From positions 4,029 to 68,028 of the forward strand of contig CAZCFB010000013.1 in the NCBI GenBank assembly GCA_964497805.1: a stretch of 64,000 bases of DNA, given 5' to 3'. The stretch's first letter is position 1. Each line of letters starts with the position of its first letter. This DNA is from an uncultured Kofleriaceae bacterium (GTDB taxonomy: Bacteria > Myxococcota_A > Polyangia > GCA-2747355 > CAZCFB01). Below the pieces are notes generated by a model that was not told where the DNA came from, did no database searches, and was given only the letters and a program-made list of their open reading frames with translations. Shown here one piece after another: positions 10,453 to 19,615 of the stretch. Both the position numbers and the translations under genes were made by a program.

Positions 10453-12810
10453 ATGCGGACAACGACCTTATTACTCTCCTGCGCGAGCCTGGTGCTGGCC
10501 CTCTCCTGCACAAACATTGACGACGGCGATAGCAACCCGGCCGGTTCCGATAGTGGCACCACGCCTGACATCCTCGCCGTGGGTGACTGGGGCAGCTCCA
10601 TCTGCTCGGACCCGAAGGGGGACTACGACGGCGACGGCATCAACAACGCCATGGAAGGGTGCCTGAGCGGCCGGGACTCGGATCAGGACAAGATCCCGGA
10701 CTGGCAAGACTTCGACTCGGACGGCGACAAGCTGCCCGACTCCAAGGAGAAGGGGGTCCAGGGCTCCACAGGCAAGTGCCAGGGCGCCAAGAAGGGCAAG
10801 GACACCTGGCCCTGCGACACGGACGGCGACGGCGTTCCCGACTACCTGGACAAGGACTCCGACGGCGATGGGCTGTTCGACGGCAACGAGGACGCCAACT
10901 ATGACGGCCTGCTCGGCTGCTGCCTCAAGACCTGCAACGCGCCTGATGTCTCCTGGCAGAAGGCCAACTGCAAGCTGACCAAGGACGGGTGCGGAAACGG
11001 GCAGAAGTGCGTCAACAAGAAGTGCACCCCCGCCGCGGCCTTCAAGTGCTCCGAGGGTGAAACAAACCCAAAGCAGAAGGACACCTTCGGCGACGGCAAG
11101 CTGGACAACGAGCGCGGAACATTCATTTGCCGCGACGCCACTGAGGACAACCCCCAGGGGCGCAAGCCGGTGCAGCTCCGCAAGAACACCTCGGGTGACT
11201 GGCACATCGCCATCGAGAAGAGCGCCAAGTACGGCGCCATCACCGTGGCCGGGGCAACCACCACCAACAAGCTGGCCGCGGCCGCAGTCAACTACGACAA
11301 GACCACCGACGAGGTGGCGGGCTTCATCGTCTCCAAGTCCACCAGCAACAGCGACATCCAGAACGACCTGACCTCTCTGATCGGCCTCCTGAAGAGCTCC
11401 GGCGTGGGCACCCTGACGGTGCGCGCCTCGGGTACCCAGAACAAGAGCCACGACAAGTACGACCAGATCGAGAGCACCCTGGTGGACATCTCCGCCAGCT
11501 CAACCACAGACGTCAGCTCCGCCCGCAACCAGGTCGTGGCCGCGCTCCTGGGCAAGACCCTCGCAGATCTGACCAACGTCTCGTCCCCCTTCGGCTCCAG
11601 CCACAGCACCCTGGTGCTGCGCTTCACCACGGTGCGGCGCTTCGCTTTCAAGAAGGACTCCGCGGGCAAGCTGGTCCTGGATAGCAAGGGCAACCCCACG
11701 GATGACCTGGACAAGACCAAGTGGCGCACCATCATCATGGGCGCCGTGGCGGCCAAGACCAACTACCAGAACCCGAAGCTGCAGACCGGCTTCCTGGTGG
11801 ATGACCTGTCCAACGGGACGGCCGTGGCCATCGCCAAGGACACGGTGAGCAACGAGTGCGACGTGGGCACCATCACCCAGCTGCCCGTGGCGGACATCAT
11901 CTGGGTCATCGACGAGTCCGGATCCATGAGCGACGAGCGCCAGGACGTGGTGAACAACGCCAACAACTTCTTCTCCCGCGCCCTTTCCAGCGGCCTGGAC
12001 TTCCGCATGGGCGTAACCAACGTGTGCACCCCCAACGGCTCCTACAAGAAGTGCCTGGGCAAGTTCTGCTCCAAGATCAGCTCCAACACCTCGGACGACG
12101 GCGGCACCGACCGTTTCCTGTTGCCCAGCGAGCAGAACATCTTCTCCTCCTGCATCAAGAACCCGCCGTGCTACGAGGGCGGCAGCGAGTACAGCCTTAT
12201 CAACGCCAGGGACGCGGTGAAGAGACACCTGCCCAGGGCCACCAACGACGCCTCCAAGATCCGCAAGAACGCCACGCTGGTGATCATCGTGGCCACCGAC
12301 GAGATCGCCAACGAGCTGTCTGGCATCCTCGGCTACTCCTCCAAGCCCTGCCCCCTCACCGCGGCGGTCCAGACCCAGCTGGACACGGCCCTGCAGCCCT
12401 ACCTGAACCTGTTCACGGGGATCACTGATCCCGAGGCCGTGTCCATGTACCACATCATCGGCCATGTGTGCGGCAGCGCCACCAGCCAGGTGAACCATGG
12501 CCACATCACCCTGGCCAAGAAGCTGGGCGGCCAGGCGGCCTCCATCCAGCAGAAGAACCTGGGCAACACCCTGCAGGTCATCATTGACGCCATCGTCGGC
12601 AAGGCCTCCCCGGTGGTCCTGGACTACGTGCCGATCTCCTCCTCCCTGGCCGTGGCCATGGACGCCACCGAGATCAAGCGCAGCCGCACCAACGGCTTCG
12701 ACTACCGCACCAACGCCAACTCGCTGGTCTTCATCAACGTGAAGTACAAGAAGGGCTCTGAGGTCATCGCCAGCTACAAGCGCTGGAAGCGCCAGGAAGA
12801 TATCAAGTAA
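10453..12810 (+). CDS. large lipoprotein, paralog B of 7846-10200 (TSP3-like repeats, Cys-rich, VWA)
   Basis: Start taken at MRTTTLLLSCASLVLALSC, with GGAGGA six nt upstream. From the first TSP3 repeat onward it is near-collinear with paralog A, with scattered substitutions and an identical C-terminus (...KRWKRQEDIK). Confidence 0.8.
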   Translation: MRTTTLLLSCASLVLALSCTNIDDGDSNPAGSDSGTTPDILAVGDWGSSICSDPKGDYDGDGINNAMEGCLSGRDSDQDKIPDWQDFDSDGDKLPDSKEKGVQGSTGKCQGAKKGKDTWPCDTDGDGVPDYLDKDSDGDGLFDGNEDANYDGLLGCCLKTCNAPDVSWQKANCKLTKDGCGNGQKCVNKKCTPAAAFKCSEGETNPKQKDTFGDGKLDNERGTFICRDATEDNPQGRKPVQLRKNTSGDWHIAIEKSAKYGAITVAGATTTNKLAAAAVNYDKTTDEVAGFIVSKSTSNSDIQNDLTSLIGLLKSSGVGTLTVRASGTQNKSHDKYDQIESTLVDISASSTTDVSSARNQVVAALLGKTLADLTNVSSPFGSSHSTLVLRFTTVRRFAFKKDSAGKLVLDSKGNPTDDLDKTKWRTIIMGAVAAKTNYQNPKLQTGFLVDDLSNGTAVAIAKDTVSNECDVGTITQLPVADIIWVIDESGSMSDERQDVVNNANNFFSRALSSGLDFRMGVTNVCTPNGSYKKCLGKFCSKISSNTSDDGGTDRFLLPSEQNIFSSCIKNPPCYEGGSEYSLINARDAVKRHLPRATNDASKIRKNATLVIIVATDEIANELSGILGYSSKPCPLTAAVQTQLDTALQPYLNLFTGITDPEAVSMYHIIGHVCGSATSQVNHGHITLAKKLGGQAASIQQKNLGNTLQVIIDAIVGKASPVVLDYVPISSSLAVAMDATEIKRSRTNGFDYRTNANSLVFINVKYKKGSEVIASYKRWKRQEDIK

Positions 12811-12835
12811 CAAACGACGGGCTGAAGCCCATCGT

Positions 12836-12925
12836 TTATTACTTGCGGGCCTTTGGCCCGCTCCTTTCATCGCCTGGCTGCGCCAGGCTAGGGCCCACCG
12901 GCACTTCCGCGCGGTGGGCGGTCCA
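12836..12925 (+). repeat. conserved multi-hairpin 3' element, copy 2
   Basis: GCGGGCC-ttt-GGCCCGC, GCCTGGC-tgc-GCCAGGC and GCCCACCG-n11-CGGTGGGC. The last stem differs from copy 1 by two compensatory base-pair changes. Confidence 0.5.
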
Positions 12926-13000
12926 GGCGGACCACTCCTCTTCTTCTCTTACCTCTTGGGAGCTTTTCGCGTGTATCCCTGTTGCGGGGGAGGGTCGCTG

Positions 13001-13294
13001 CTACTTGCCGGCAGGTTGTGCCTGGCGTGCGGAGCAGGCCTTGAGCAGCTTGGTGTTGTCCTCGCGCAGAGTGTCCAGTTCCTTGCGCAGGCCAAACAGC
13101 TCACTGCGGATCTGACCGGTCTGGCTGGTAAGCCGGATTGTCAACTCGTCCAGGCGGACATCGTTGCTCTTACCCACCAGCCAGAGGCCGCCGCCGAGGG
13201 TAACCACCAGTAGAATAATGACCAGATAGAGGTAGACATTGAAGCTACTACCTCTCTGTTCCTTCTTGAGAACCGCCATCAGCCGCTCCTGCAA
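13001..13294 (-). CDS. small single-pass membrane protein with a coiled-coil tail
   Basis: One hydrophobic helix (FNVYLYLVIILLVVTLGGGLWLV) followed by a heptad-like charged segment. No homology is recognisable. Confidence 0.35.
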   Translation of the reverse strand: MQERLMAVLKKEQRGSSFNVYLYLVIILLVVTLGGGLWLVGKSNDVRLDELTIRLTSQTGQIRSELFGLRKELDTLREDNTKLLKACSARQAQPAGK

Positions 13295-13451
13295 AGGGCC
13301 AGGTTTTTATACGGAAAAGACGATTATACGACAGGGTTCTTTTGAATTGAAACGAATTGCCCATATCTTCAACATGTTTTTCGTGCCTTGTAACGCTTCA
13401 GGCGCTGGATTGACTCTGAATTACACTTTTGCTGAAAACTGGAGCGTCAAG

Positions 13452-14222
13452 ATGATTGCCTGGATCCTCATTACCCTGATGATGCTCATCCCGATCCCCG
13501 TCGTGGCGGAGACTGCCCCCCCCCCTCCTCCTCCCCCAGCGCCTGTTGCCGCTCCCAAGGATTCTCCGAATCATGCGGTTTTTGATCGGATCCTGCGCGC
13601 CCATGTCAAGCGGGGCCGAGTGAACTATGGGGCCATCAAGGCCCGTGATCGCGGTGCGCTGGAGGCATACGTGAAGTCAGTGGCCACCGCGAACCTCAAG
13701 GGACTCAAGCGCAGGGAGAGGCTGTCCTTCTACCTCAACGCGTACAACGCGCTGGTGATCAAGTCCGTGGTAGACCGCCTGCCTCTTCGCAGCGTCAAGA
13801 AGGTGAAGGGCTTCTTTGACGGGGCGCGTCACAAGGTGGCGGGCCGGTCAATCTCCCTCAACGGCCTCGAGAACAAGATCATCCGGCCCCGGTTCAAGGA
13901 GCCGCGGATCCACTTCGCCCTGGTGTGCGCCGCCCGCTCATGCCCGCCGCTCATGGCGCGCGCCTTCAAGGCAAAGACCCTGAACCGGGACCTGACGCGG
14001 CTGACGCGGAGCTTCCTCAAGTCCCGCGCCGGCCTGGTCATCGAGGGTGGCAAGGTGAAGGCGTCCAAGCTGTTCACCTGGTACGCGGATGACTTCGTAA
14101 AGGCGGCCGGGTCCGTGCCAGCCTACCTGGCGAAGTACCGGCCCGAACACGCCGCCCTGCTCGCTCAGGGCGGGTTGAAGATCGGCTTCCTCGAATACGA
14201 CTGGGCCCTCAACGGGCCATGA
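13452..14222 (+). CDS. DUF547-family secreted protein
   Basis: Signal MIAWILITLMMLIPIPVVA with a proline run. Hallmark motifs SFYLNAYNALVI and HFALVCAARSCPPL. The start (13452) is preceded by GGAG. Confidence 0.65.
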   Translation: MIAWILITLMMLIPIPVVAETAPPPPPPPAPVAAPKDSPNHAVFDRILRAHVKRGRVNYGAIKARDRGALEAYVKSVATANLKGLKRRERLSFYLNAYNALVIKSVVDRLPLRSVKKVKGFFDGARHKVAGRSISLNGLENKIIRPRFKEPRIHFALVCAARSCPPLMARAFKAKTLNRDLTRLTRSFLKSRAGLVIEGGKVKASKLFTWYADDFVKAAGSVPAYLAKYRPEHAALLAQGGLKIGFLEYDWALNGP

Positions 14223-15510
14223 TCGCCATGCCCTCCAGGATCGCCCTGGCCTGATCCGCCTTGAGCAGCAGCGCCGCCCCGTCCCCTCCCCTTGTGGCAA
14301 CCAGAGCGCCGCCCTCCCCGTCGTGAAGGGTCAAGGCCTCCACAGGTCCCGCTTCGGCGACGAGCAGGATCCTCGCTCTGGGCTCACCGCCTGTGGTCCC
14401 GGCGAAGAGCCTGGCCCTGGCGTCCCGTATGGCCTTGATCCAGGCGCGCACCGCCAGGCTGTCCACCACCCCTGCTTGCCCCGGGCGTGTCCAGCCCTCC
14501 GGCTTGCGCACCAGGCTCTCTTCGACGCCCCCGGCGCGTAAGCTGACCTTCTCCAGGTCCGGTTCCTGAAGTCGTGTCAGGCGCAGATCCTGAAGGGACC
14601 ATGGCTCCGGCGAGAGGGCAGCCACCTCCGGCTGTTCCACGCACCCCCCAACGCGGCGCTCCTCCTTCCCGGCGCGCCGCTCGGTCACCGCCAGGAGCAC
14701 CCTGTCGGCGCGGCCCGGGCAAGCGCCCGCGTGGTCAAGGATCACCTCCACACCCGATCCTCCTGAGGTCCGGATCCAGGCCCTCGCGGCGCCGGCGGGC
14801 GCGGGCAAGATGCGCTGGGCGCGCAGCACGGAGAGGGCGTTGAGCAAGCGCCGCGTACGCTGGGCAGCTGCCCGGCAGGTGTTCCCCGCCGCAGTGGCCG
14901 CCCAGCCGGCGCCCTGTCGTTCCAGCACCCCCTCGCCCGAGGTTGTGTGGATCTCCACCCGCTGTATCTGCCCGGGGGGCAGGGGTACGAGCTGTTGATC
15001 TCGGAGGTCGGCCGTGGTGAGGGAGAGCAGCCCCACCAGCCGGACAGGGGCCACGGCCAGGCGCGCGCCGGAGGCGTCCTTCACCCGCACATTTACCCCC
15101 TCCCCGCTCACATCTGCCGCCCCCACCTTGATCTCCACCTCCCCTGCGGACAGCCCCAAGGTCAGGGTGATCCGGGGCGTGTCAAGGCCAGCAGCCGGCG
15201 GCGGCTTGGAGCCGGGCAACAGGCGGAGCGGGCGCATGAACTCCACCCCGGCCAGCAGCCGCTCCACGCCCGTCGTGTCTGCCCGGTCCTGCACGGGTGA
15301 CTCCATGCGCCACCCGGTGTCATGGCGCTTGAGCAGCAGGGGCTTCGCCTCCCCGGACCTCTTCAGCTTGACGGTCCGCACAGCGCCCCCCTCCAGCGCG
15401 AGCAGCCGGCCGCTCCCCTTTGCCGGTCCCTGCCCGCTCCCACCAAGGAGGAGCATCGCGCCAAGGAGGGCAGCGGAGATTCCGAGGAAGGCGATGGTCT
15501 TCCAGCTCAC
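14209..15510 (-). CDS. DUF4340-like protein (usual third partner of GldG-type ABC systems)
   Basis: N-terminal membrane anchor. Its start lies 3 nt from the GldG-like gene stop. Composition and context are typical of this family. Confidence 0.5.
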   Translation of the reverse strand: MSWKTIAFLGISAALLGAMLLLGGSGQGPAKGSGRLLALEGGAVRTVKLKRSGEAKPLLLKRHDTGWRMESPVQDRADTTGVERLLAGVEFMRPLRLLPGSKPPPAAGLDTPRITLTLGLSAGEVEIKVGAADVSGEGVNVRVKDASGARLAVAPVRLVGLLSLTTADLRDQQLVPLPPGQIQRVEIHTTSGEGVLERQGAGWAATAAGNTCRAAAQRTRRLLNALSVLRAQRILPAPAGAARAWIRTSGGSGVEVILDHAGACPGRADRVLLAVTERRAGKEERRVGGCVEQPEVAALSPEPWSLQDLRLTRLQEPDLEKVSLRAGGVEESLVRKPEGWTRPGQAGVVDSLAVRAWIKAIRDARARLFAGTTGGEPRARILLVAEAGPVEALTLHDGEGGALVATRGGDGAALLLKADQARAILEGMAIMAR

Positions 15511-15513
15511 TGG

Positions 15514-17763
15514 TCAGCGCCTCCTCCGCCACCAGACCAGCAGAGCCAGGCCGAGGGCGCAGAGCGGGAGCAGGACCACCACGAGCAAAAACACCTTGTG
15601 CAGCTGGGCCCGATCAAGGATTGACCTCGCCGACTGACCCGCCGGCGGCCCGGGGAGCGCCCCGAGCTTGTCGTCGCCGGCCAGCCAGCTCACGGCAGCC
15701 AGGAAGAGCTCCCGGTTGTGGTCTTTCACGCGCTGGCCCGACTGCCGGCGGTTGAGCAAGCCCCGCTCGCAGCCGAACACCACGATCCGGGTGGATCGCC
15801 ACTGAACGGCCACCGCCACCGCCGCCGGGCCCGGTGAGTCGAGCGCGCGATCCAGCGTGAGGGGGCGGTCCCCGCGTAGAGAGGCGAGGTCAGCCTCGGC
15901 CCACCCCTCCGCGCTCGTGACAATGAGAGGCGCGGCCTTGAGACCAGCCATGGTGCCCGGCAGCGGGCGAACCTCCCGGCTCAGAGGCCAGACGGTGATC
16001 CGCCCGGCTACCGCGCGCACCGCCGGGTGGTCCGCGTACCCGTCGCGCGTGCCCCAGGTGAGGAGCGGCTGCTCGCCGGGGACCTGCATCTTGTCCACCA
16101 GGATCTTGTGGGGCAGGGCCACGCCCCAGCGGGCCATGAGCGACTCCACGCCAACCACGCCGTGGCGCGTCACCCGGCGGTCCAGCACGGGCCCCATGAG
16201 CAGGAAGAGCCTCCCCCCGCCGCGCAGGAATTTCTCCAGGGCGTGCACCTCGGCCGGGGCGAACGCGCGCCGCGGGCCGCCGATGACCAGCACCCGGCAG
16301 CTGTCGAGCCCGCCGCCCTTGCCCGTGGCGGTTCCCAGCAGCCCCGCCGGCCCCAGGGCCCGCACCGTATAGCCGTCCCGGCGCGCCTCGTCGGCGATGA
16401 TGCCGTACCCCTTCTGGTCGTACGAGTCCACGAGCGCCTCGCCGTGGCCCTGGCTAAAGCAGAGCACCCGCGGCCTCGGGTCGAGCAGCCCCCGCAGGGC
16501 CGTAAGCAGGGCGGCCTCTCCGCGGAAGCCGAGCACCCGGGGCGGCGACACGGAGTGATCCACGCCGGTGGCCATCTGGCTGCTTGTGACCAGCCGCGTC
16601 CGCTCCCCCCCGGAGAGCACCACCACCCCGCGGCGCAGGTCGTCGCCGCTGACGCCAAAACGCCGGGCCAACACCTCCGCCCGGGTGGGCGCCGCGTCGA
16701 TGTCCACGCGCTCCACGGTGAAGGCCCCGCCCGAGCGCTTGGCGAAGCGGTGGAGCACCTCCTTCACCCTGGGGTACATGGATGGCTGGAGCCGGTCGGG
16801 GGGCACCATGAAGAGGTACGCCTTCACCGGCCGCGCCATGGTGCGCAGCACCTGGACCGTGCGCGGCGAGAGGGTGTAGGTCCCCCCGGCGGTCCAGTCC
16901 CACCTGGCGTGGTGCCTGGCGCCCAGGAGGTTGATCAGGACCAGGTTGAGCAGCAGCAGACCCACGCCGAGGAGCAGCCTCAGCCGCTGACGACGGCGGC
17001 GGGGAGCGCGCAGGGCCAAAACCGCGCAGGTGATGCAGAACAGGGCCACGCTGCCGTAGAGGAGCAACGCGCGGCTGTCCACCAGGCCGCGAGAGAAGTC
17101 TTCCATCTGCTGGAACAGATCCAGGGCCCCGGCCAGCTGCCTGAGCCAGGCTGCCTGCACGAAGAGCTTGAGCGGGCCGAGCTGAAGGAAGGAGCCGAGC
17201 ACGGCGAAGGTGGCGATGCCCGACAGGAGCTGGCTCCGGGTGAGGCTGGAACAGAGCACCCCCACCGACAGGGCCGCCGCGCCCAGGGCCAGGGTGCCCA
17301 GGTAGCCGGAGGCCACCACCCCGACGTCGGCCTCGCCCCCAAGGCTGGCGGCGAGCATCACATGGCACAGGGTGGGCGCCCAGAGGAAGACATAGAACAG
17401 GCACACCGCCAGGAACTTGCCCAGCACCACCTGCGCCGCGCCCACCGGGGCCGCGAGGAGGATCTCCAGGGTGCCCAGGCGCCGCTCCCCGGCCAGGGTG
17501 CGCATGGTGAGCAGGGAGATCACAGCGATGACGAAGAGCCAGTAGAAGAAGCTCCCGCCGAAGAAGTAGTTGAGCACCGGCCCGGGCGGACCCTTGGGGT
17601 GGTTGCACAGCTCCAGCAGCACGTAGAAGGCGTACCCCTGCACCAGCAGGAAGAGGGTGAGCACCACCCAGGCCAGAGGCGAGAGGAAGAGCCCCCGCAG
17701 CTCCCGGCCCACCAGGGTCAGGACCAGCCTGGGCTTCCCTGGCGCTCCTGCCCTGTCCCTCAT
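15514..17763 (-). CDS. ABC-2 family permease fused to a GldG-like ABC-transporter-associated domain
   Basis: N-terminal ~240 aa with six hydrophobic helices (FLSPLAWVVLTLFLL...). A C-terminal ~500 aa GldG-like domain ends in a TM anchor. Its start ATG overlaps the ATPase stop (ATGA at 17760-17763). Confidence 0.65.
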   Translation of the reverse strand: MRDRAGAPGKPRLVLTLVGRELRGLFLSPLAWVVLTLFLLVQGYAFYVLLELCNHPKGPPGPVLNYFFGGSFFYWLFVIAVISLLTMRTLAGERRLGTLEILLAAPVGAAQVVLGKFLAVCLFYVFLWAPTLCHVMLAASLGGEADVGVVASGYLGTLALGAAALSVGVLCSSLTRSQLLSGIATFAVLGSFLQLGPLKLFVQAAWLRQLAGALDLFQQMEDFSRGLVDSRALLLYGSVALFCITCAVLALRAPRRRRQRLRLLLGVGLLLLNLVLINLLGARHHARWDWTAGGTYTLSPRTVQVLRTMARPVKAYLFMVPPDRLQPSMYPRVKEVLHRFAKRSGGAFTVERVDIDAAPTRAEVLARRFGVSGDDLRRGVVVLSGGERTRLVTSSQMATGVDHSVSPPRVLGFRGEAALLTALRGLLDPRPRVLCFSQGHGEALVDSYDQKGYGIIADEARRDGYTVRALGPAGLLGTATGKGGGLDSCRVLVIGGPRRAFAPAEVHALEKFLRGGGRLFLLMGPVLDRRVTRHGVVGVESLMARWGVALPHKILVDKMQVPGEQPLLTWGTRDGYADHPAVRAVAGRITVWPLSREVRPLPGTMAGLKAAPLIVTSAEGWAEADLASLRGDRPLTLDRALDSPGPAAVAVAVQWRSTRIVVFGCERGLLNRRQSGQRVKDHNRELFLAAVSWLAGDDKLGALPGPPAGQSARSILDRAQLHKVFLLVVVLLPLCALGLALLVWWRRRR

Positions 17764-18491
17764 CGCGCTCCCCCGGTGAGCCGGGTGAAGAGCTCCTCCA
17801 GCCCGCCGGGCGCGCGGTCCTCGCCCAGGAGCTCGTCCATGGCGCCCTGGGCCGCAACCTCGCCGCGGTCGAGGATGATCAACCGCTGGCACACCGCCTC
17901 CACCTCACCGAGCAGGTGCGATGAGAGGATCACCGTCCGCCCGCTGTCGGCCGCCAGGTCACGGATCAGGCGGCGGACCTGGGCCATCTGGTTCGGGTCG
18001 AGGCCCACCGTGGGCTCGTCCAGGATCAGCAATGGCGGATCTCCAAGCAGCGCGTCAGCCAGGGCCACCCGCTGGCGATACCCCCGGGAGAGCTGGCCGC
18101 ACAGGCGCCGCCGGGCGGAGGCCAGGTCACACAGCTCCAGCACCCGGTCAACCTCCTCCCGCCGCCGGGCCCTGCCCACCACGCGCAGGGCGCAGCGGAA
18201 GCCCAGGTACTCCCCGACCCGCATGTCCACGGGCAGGGGCGCCCCCTCGGCCACGTACCCCAGGAGGCCGCGCACCTGGAGCCCACGCTCAGGAAGAGGC
18301 AGGTCGTCCACCTCCACCCGCCCCGCGTCCGGGGCCAGGAGGTTGGCCAGCACCCGCAGGCATGTGGTCTTCCCCGCGCCGTTGGGGCCGAGCAACCCGG
18401 CGACCTCCCCCCGGCCCACCGAGAAGGTCACATCACGCAGGGCCGGCACGCCGGCGAATGACCGGCACAGCCCCTCGACGCGGACCATCAT
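17760..18491 (-). CDS. ABC transporter ATP-binding protein
   Basis: Walker A GPNGAGKTT, signature LSRGYRQR and Walker B LLILDEP. Confidence 0.85.
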   Translation of the reverse strand: MMVRVEGLCRSFAGVPALRDVTFSVGRGEVAGLLGPNGAGKTTCLRVLANLLAPDAGRVEVDDLPLPERGLQVRGLLGYVAEGAPLPVDMRVGEYLGFRCALRVVGRARRREEVDRVLELCDLASARRRLCGQLSRGYRQRVALADALLGDPPLLILDEPTVGLDPNQMAQVRRLIRDLAADSGRTVILSSHLLGEVEAVCQRLIILDRGEVAAQGAMDELLGEDRAPGGLEELFTRLTGGAR

Positions 18492-18646
18492 CTCTTATCG
18501 TTGGCCGTCGCGAGGCGGCTGGGACCAAGGCCGCGTGGTTTCGCGGCAGCGAAGGCATGCTCGCGGCACGCCGAGCTGACGCGGAGCCGCTTCGGCCGAC
18601 GGTAGCGGCCGCCGCAGCAGGCAGGGCGGTGAGAGATGATGGTCAA

Positions 18647-19615
18647 TCACTTGGTGGACTCGGGGGCGCCCTCTTTGGGGTGAGGCTTCTTCGGCGCCGG
18701 CGGGGGCTGCGGCGATGGCTGTGTCGCGTTGGCGATGGCCTCGAGGCTGAGCTGGATGGCGCGCTTCTCCGCCTCGTCGCTGGTGCGCTTGCGCAGGGCG
18801 CGCAGGGCGCCGGCCCCTGCCTTGAGCCCCTGCTGCCCCAGCGCGCGGATGACCGCCAGGCGCACTGCCTTGCTGCCGTCGCTCAAGGCCAGCCCCAGGG
18901 CCTTGGCCGTGGACTCATCGCGGGCCTGCCCCAGCAGCGCCGCGGCCATGGCCCGCTCCTCCTCGTCCTTGGAGAGGCCGAGCACCTTGATCAGCCCGGT
19001 GCGCTGGGCCTCGTAGGCCAGGAACGCCTTCTGGGCGTTGGTCTGGTCCTTGAGGCGCAGGTAGATGCCGGCCAGGTCCGAGTAGGCGGTGAGCTGATCC
19101 GGGTTCAGGGTCAGGGACTGCCTGAGCATGTCCGCTGCCTCGGCCAGCTTGCCCCCCTCCTCCAGCCCGATGGCCAGCGCGCGATACGCGTCAGGATCTT
19201 GCGGCGACAGCTCCACCACCTTGCGGTACGCCTCGAGGGCCGCGTCCTTCTGCCCCATTTCGGCCAGCGCCGAGCCGAGGCCGAGGTAACAGTTGGCGCT
19301 GAGCTTACCCCCCTCCTGAGCGGCGATGGCCCGCCTGAACGCCTCCACCGCGGGCTCGAGCCGCCCCCCGCGCAGCAGGCCCTTGGCCTGTTCGTAGTAG
19401 ATCTTCTGGGCCAGGGGGCCCTTGCTCGGGATATCGGGCGCGCGCTTGGCCGCCACTTTTTTGGCCTTGCTCGCCGGCTCACGCTCCTTGTCAGCGTGCC
19501 GCTTGGGCGAGGGGCACCCGCCGCTCAGGACCAGGCCCATGGCCAGCGAGAGCATCATCGCCGCTGTAAAGAGCCGCCTCACCGCCTGGGCCCCTCCGTG
19601 GCTGCCGCGGGCCAC
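18647..19615 (-). CDS. TPR-repeat lipoprotein with C-terminal HEAT-like repeats
   Basis: Signal plus lipobox MMLSLAMGLVLSGGC followed by TPR-like units. The true start is probably the internal Met near 19558, which removes the apparent overlap with the upstream kinase gene. Confidence 0.55.
   Translation of the reverse strand: MARGSHGGAQAVRRLFTAAMMLSLAMGLVLSGGCPSPKRHADKEREPASKAKKVAAKRAPDIPSKGPLAQKIYYEQAKGLLRGGRLEPAVEAFRRAIAAQEGGKLSANCYLGLGSALAEMGQKDAALEAYRKVVELSPQDPDAYRALAIGLEEGGKLAEAADMLRQSLTLNPDQLTAYSDLAGIYLRLKDQTNAQKAFLAYEAQRTGLIKVLGLSKDEEERAMAAALLGQARDESTAKALGLALSDGSKAVRLAVIRALGQQGLKAGAGALRALRKRTSDEAEKRAIQLSLEAIANATQPSPQPPPAPKKPHPKEGAPESTK

Noticed and set aside
15514-17892. Track ORF start at 17892 for the permease-GldG gene.
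   Set aside because: The upstream extension overlaps the ATPase gene. The ATG at 17763, overlapping the ATPase stop, gives a canonical coupled start.
18492-18646. Searched uncovered intergenic stretches (also 23512-23713, 41492-41858, 63755-64000) for tRNA-like T-loop/acceptor signatures.
   Set aside because: No GGTTCGANTCC-type T-arm with complementary acceptor ends was found. No tRNA can be supported.
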